Of a stretch of 64,000 nt of DNA, positions 48,159 through 64,000 are shown piece after piece. The translations under genes were made by a program, and so were the position numbers. Source of the DNA: Trichosphaerium sp. ATCC 40318 (Eukaryota; Protista; Tubulinea); NCBI GenBank assembly GCA_038496445.1, contig JALMLS010000344.1, forward strand, positions 420,724 through 484,723, written 5' to 3'. Numbering within the stretch: the stretch's first letter is position 1; each line of letters begins with the position of its first letter. The notes beneath the pieces were generated by a model. It was not told the DNA's origin, made no database searches, and saw only the letters and a program-made list of their open reading frames with translations.

Positions 48159-49613
48159 ATGGCTACGGAAGTAATGTACAACTTGTTGTGCTCAAAGCAC
48201 GAGATAGCTTGCATTGTTCTTCATTATTTAAAGCGCGAAAAGTTTACAAAGACCGCCGCAATGTTTGAGCAGGAAGCATCGAGGCTGTTGTCCAAGATAA
48301 AACAGGTGGGCTTTTTTTTTTTTGTACTCTTCGCTCCTAACTTTGTTATTTTAGCCGCCTAGCGCTATACGGCCACTCCAATTTATCATGAACGAGTATT
48401 TACACCTAAAACAATGCGTATAACAGGCTTTTGAGTTTTGATCAAAATTAGTAATTGACTAATTTCTATCCAAAGGCAGACAGCCGTACTGCATTTGTAA
48501 ACAAGATGGCAACAACTCCTGGTGCGTCACAATTGTGTAAGTACAAAAAAAAAAAACCATTGACACCTTACCGTGCGTTTTCTCAGAAATGCGAAATATA
48601 ATGTCGTCCATTCACGATGTCGCTGCAGCATACGCACAACTAGCTCCCCCGTCTAATACTGTTGGTGTCACAAGCACCGTTGGGTAATGACAATTGAGAT
48701 ATTGCTTTGTTCACCCCGTCACAGATTGACCTCTACCGGCGGCAAACCTTTAATTTCTCCTTTTAAGCCCACGCAACGGTAGGGCAGATTTTTCTTTTGT
48801 AAATGATTGGTCACTGATGTAAGTATTTAGTTTTGGTGAACCAATGCCCAATATTGAGTAAGTGAATAATTATTTACTTGTTTTCGTGGAGTTGCACATT
48901 GTTGTTATGACTTATCACAATCTAGAAACATGGTGGCCTCAGAACAACTGCCACAAATATTAGCTGATCACATAAACGATTTTTTACTTCCTTTAAGTGC
49001 AGAAGAAGAACCTGATCTAAATAATGGCGTGTTGAACCATCTACCCATTGATGACATAGTTGAAAATATTTTTGGTACGAAATGCAGAGGCAGTTAACAG
49101 CGATGTCTTGTTTATAGTAGTCTCGTAGATGATCCAAATTTCCAAGATAATTTGCCAGAGATATTTCCTGATAGAGTAGAGGTGAGTTGAGCGTGCAACA
49201 ATAGTAGCACCAGCTAATTAACATTACGATAGGGTGCACATCTCAAAGCCAGTGACAGAGAGGGCACTCAGTCGAGTAAACCATTGAACCATAGCCAAGC
49301 GAAACAGAAACAATACACTACAGCAATGACACCTAATACACGAACTACTAGCCCTAACCCTGCAACGGCTAGTGCGCCTGTGCCTTCCCAATGCCCAACA
49401 ACACCAACACCAACACCAACACCTACAAATACTCCCAATGCTCAACAACGAGGAACAAAGAGAGCTTTGTCGCCTTCATCACAGCATAACGAGGTTCCAT
49501 ATTCATTGTTGCGTTCTTGTACTGAGTATCCGGTTTAGGAAGGTTCTACACAGAAGAAGCCAAAGACTATATCTGAGATATCGTCGTTCCTGGATCAGTT
49601 GAATTACAAGTAG
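48159..49613 (+). CDS. LisH-domain protein, NPAT/Mxc-like
   Basis: LisH EIACIVLHYLKREKFTKTAAMFEQE followed by LQFIMNEYLHLK; S/T/P-rich middle; C-terminus KKPKTISEISSFLDQLNYK*. Confidence 0.6.
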
Positions 49614-49925
49614 GCTAAAAAGACGAAGGGAAAGTAAGTTTTGAAAAAACAACACTTGCACGTGTACAATAAAATAAGTACAATACGGGATTTTTTTTAT
49701 TATTTGTAACCAATGCCACCTGTAACGCGTACATAAAAGCAAGCGTACTTGATAATGTAAAATGTTTAATTTTGTGGCCAGTGGACGCGATTTGACTTAC
49801 AATAGAAATATAAGCGATAATAAGTCTATGGATCGTTCCTGATGGAGGTCTGGTAGCGGCTACGCGCAGAATTCCTTGTTTTTGAAGATAAGTTGCTGGT
49901 GAAAGCTAAAAGTACGACAAACGTC

Positions 49926-62317
<12,392 letters not shown>

Positions 62318-62519
62318 CTGCTTTCAATTATACGTGGACGTGATAATATTTGTCTTGCATAACTGCACCAGAATTACAAGTTCTGTGGCATCCGAATTAG
62401 AAGGTAAAAAAAAAAGCTAGCGGCGAAAACCCAACACAACAATCTTTGCAACATATAGTGTCTGACACGGTGGCGATTGTTGTTTTACAGGATGCTCACA
62501 CCACATTTTTTTGTGTTGC

Positions 62520-64000
62520 TTTACCCTTAAAATCAAAAAGGAAAGAAAAAAGGCTGTATTGGAAGAAGAATTATAAAAGCAACTCTAACAAAACTCTATT
62601 TTTTTTTTGATCAATATTTTGACGCTTTGTTCTTTTTTTTATTACAGGACTTTATTTTTTTATTTTACAATGGCTACTCGCTCAACGAGGGATAAAATTG
62701 GCAACAATAACTTCTCATCACAGCATTCCGGTGGTTGGCAGTGGTGCGTAGTCACTATCATTAGAGTCTGTTCGTGTAATTACATTAGCACTTGAAGATC
62801 GCTTGTGATTTTTGAAAATATCTAATGCACGTGAGCCCCTAACACTAGTATACTGACCTAGTTAAGCTTACCTTGTGCTGAAGGTAAGTCATTGTAGAAC
62901 GACTTATTTGGAGAACGCGGCATAGTGTAGCTGGAATGAAGTGAGGGATCCATGTTTGCCTGGTAACAAAAGTTAGTCGCTATTAAAAATCAAAGAAAGT
63001 ACCATCCTAGCGCTGCCTATGTGCATTGAATCTCGGAGCATAAATTGATGCTTTCTTGATGACACAGTTGCCACATCAAAACCTAGTGTGGTTTCGTTGT
63101 TAGCGGACAACATGTTGAAAAAAAAAGTGTTTCACAATTGCGTACTGGGTACTAAGCTTCCCAAGGACAACGAGATGTTTACCAGGGCGACATCGGTGCT
63201 TCGCTTTTTAATCGATACCCACATCTCTTTCTCATTTTTTGACAAGCCCGTTAATTTAACTAGCGCTTGGCCAAGCTAAAAAAAAATTGAAACTTAGCTC
63301 ACAGGTTTTTTAACTTGACTGAAGGGCTGTGTTTGTTTACCCACACCAACGCAACGCACCACAGAATGATTTCGTTTTAGTTTCAATCGGAATGTATCGA
63401 TACTACGCGTAGATAACTTGTAAGCAAGCCAATAATACGTAATGTCGGTAGGGACACGTGCGTACTTACCGGTTGTTTTCTAGGGGTATTTTGAACTGCT
63501 GGTCCCATTTAATTGCTCCCTACACAATCCAGTTAGTAAAATCGTACAATAATTAAATGTACTGACAACTTTTTTACACAGTGATTGTACTGTGGTTTTA
63601 GTTGTGGCTCAGCCATAAATTAAGGGAAAATAATAAAAACAAAAAAAAAAACTGCCGCGATAACACACAGGCGCTATGCGCGTGCTTTTATACATACATT
63701 GCTGTTTCTTCGTCGTTTAGAGCTTTCGTATTTTCTACCAAACTCTGAGCTTTGCCCTACATCCAACTGGCAGCTAACGCGCCTTTTGCTACCTATTTGC
63801 GTTGGCATATTGCTCGTTGTACCCAACACGTTAATAATCCGCGGTACCTCGGTACTTTGCTTCCTTTAGCCTAACTTTTAAATACATGGTGCTAGTAATG
63901 AGTACGTTTTGGTGTTCACGTGGTATTAACAAAACTTTATCAAGTTCCCTTATCAACTTTTTTTGCTGAATGACGCTACTAACAAAGAAAAGATCATACA
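62520..64000 (-). CDS. 5'-truncated multi-exon protein containing a C2-like domain (ends approximate)
   Basis: Minus-strand exons give IKWDQQFKIPLEN and LGQALVKLTGLSKNEKEMWVSI, which resemble C2 strands. Confidence 0.4.

Overview
This window is gene-dense, AT-rich eukaryotic DNA, most likely from a protist. It uses the standard genetic code and has very many tiny spliceosomal introns (mostly ~40-55 nt), so the ORF track shows only fragments and I assembled the gene models by hand from splice sites. About 26 protein genes are present. Recognisable ones include 14-3-3, an ADP-ribosylhydrolase, an IDS-like sulfatase, PRPF4, ARPC3, HPS4-like, EndoV, a G-alpha, UBXN4, ATG1/ULK, V-ATPase c, DPM3, riboflavin kinase, MPP-alpha, an NPAT-like LisH protein and a ~12.4-kb SMG1. 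Highlights: (1) a ~30-exon fusion of a cAR/GCR1-like 7TM GPCR to an intact SHIP-type inositol 5-phosphatase plus C2 domain; (2) a 69-aa, three-exon microprotein missing from the ORF track that consists only of the PDCD4/SERBP1-type ribosome-binding region; (3) a G-alpha with a Gz-like P-loop and an unusual C-terminal tail; (4) at least 13 GC-AG introns and one U12-type intron; (5) a truncated, motif-degenerate ANL-family pseudoenzyme with a mitochondrial-type presequence; (6) candidate structured RNAs. I recognised no rRNA, tRNA, CRISPR array or clear mobile element. All homology calls come from motif recognition, not database searches.
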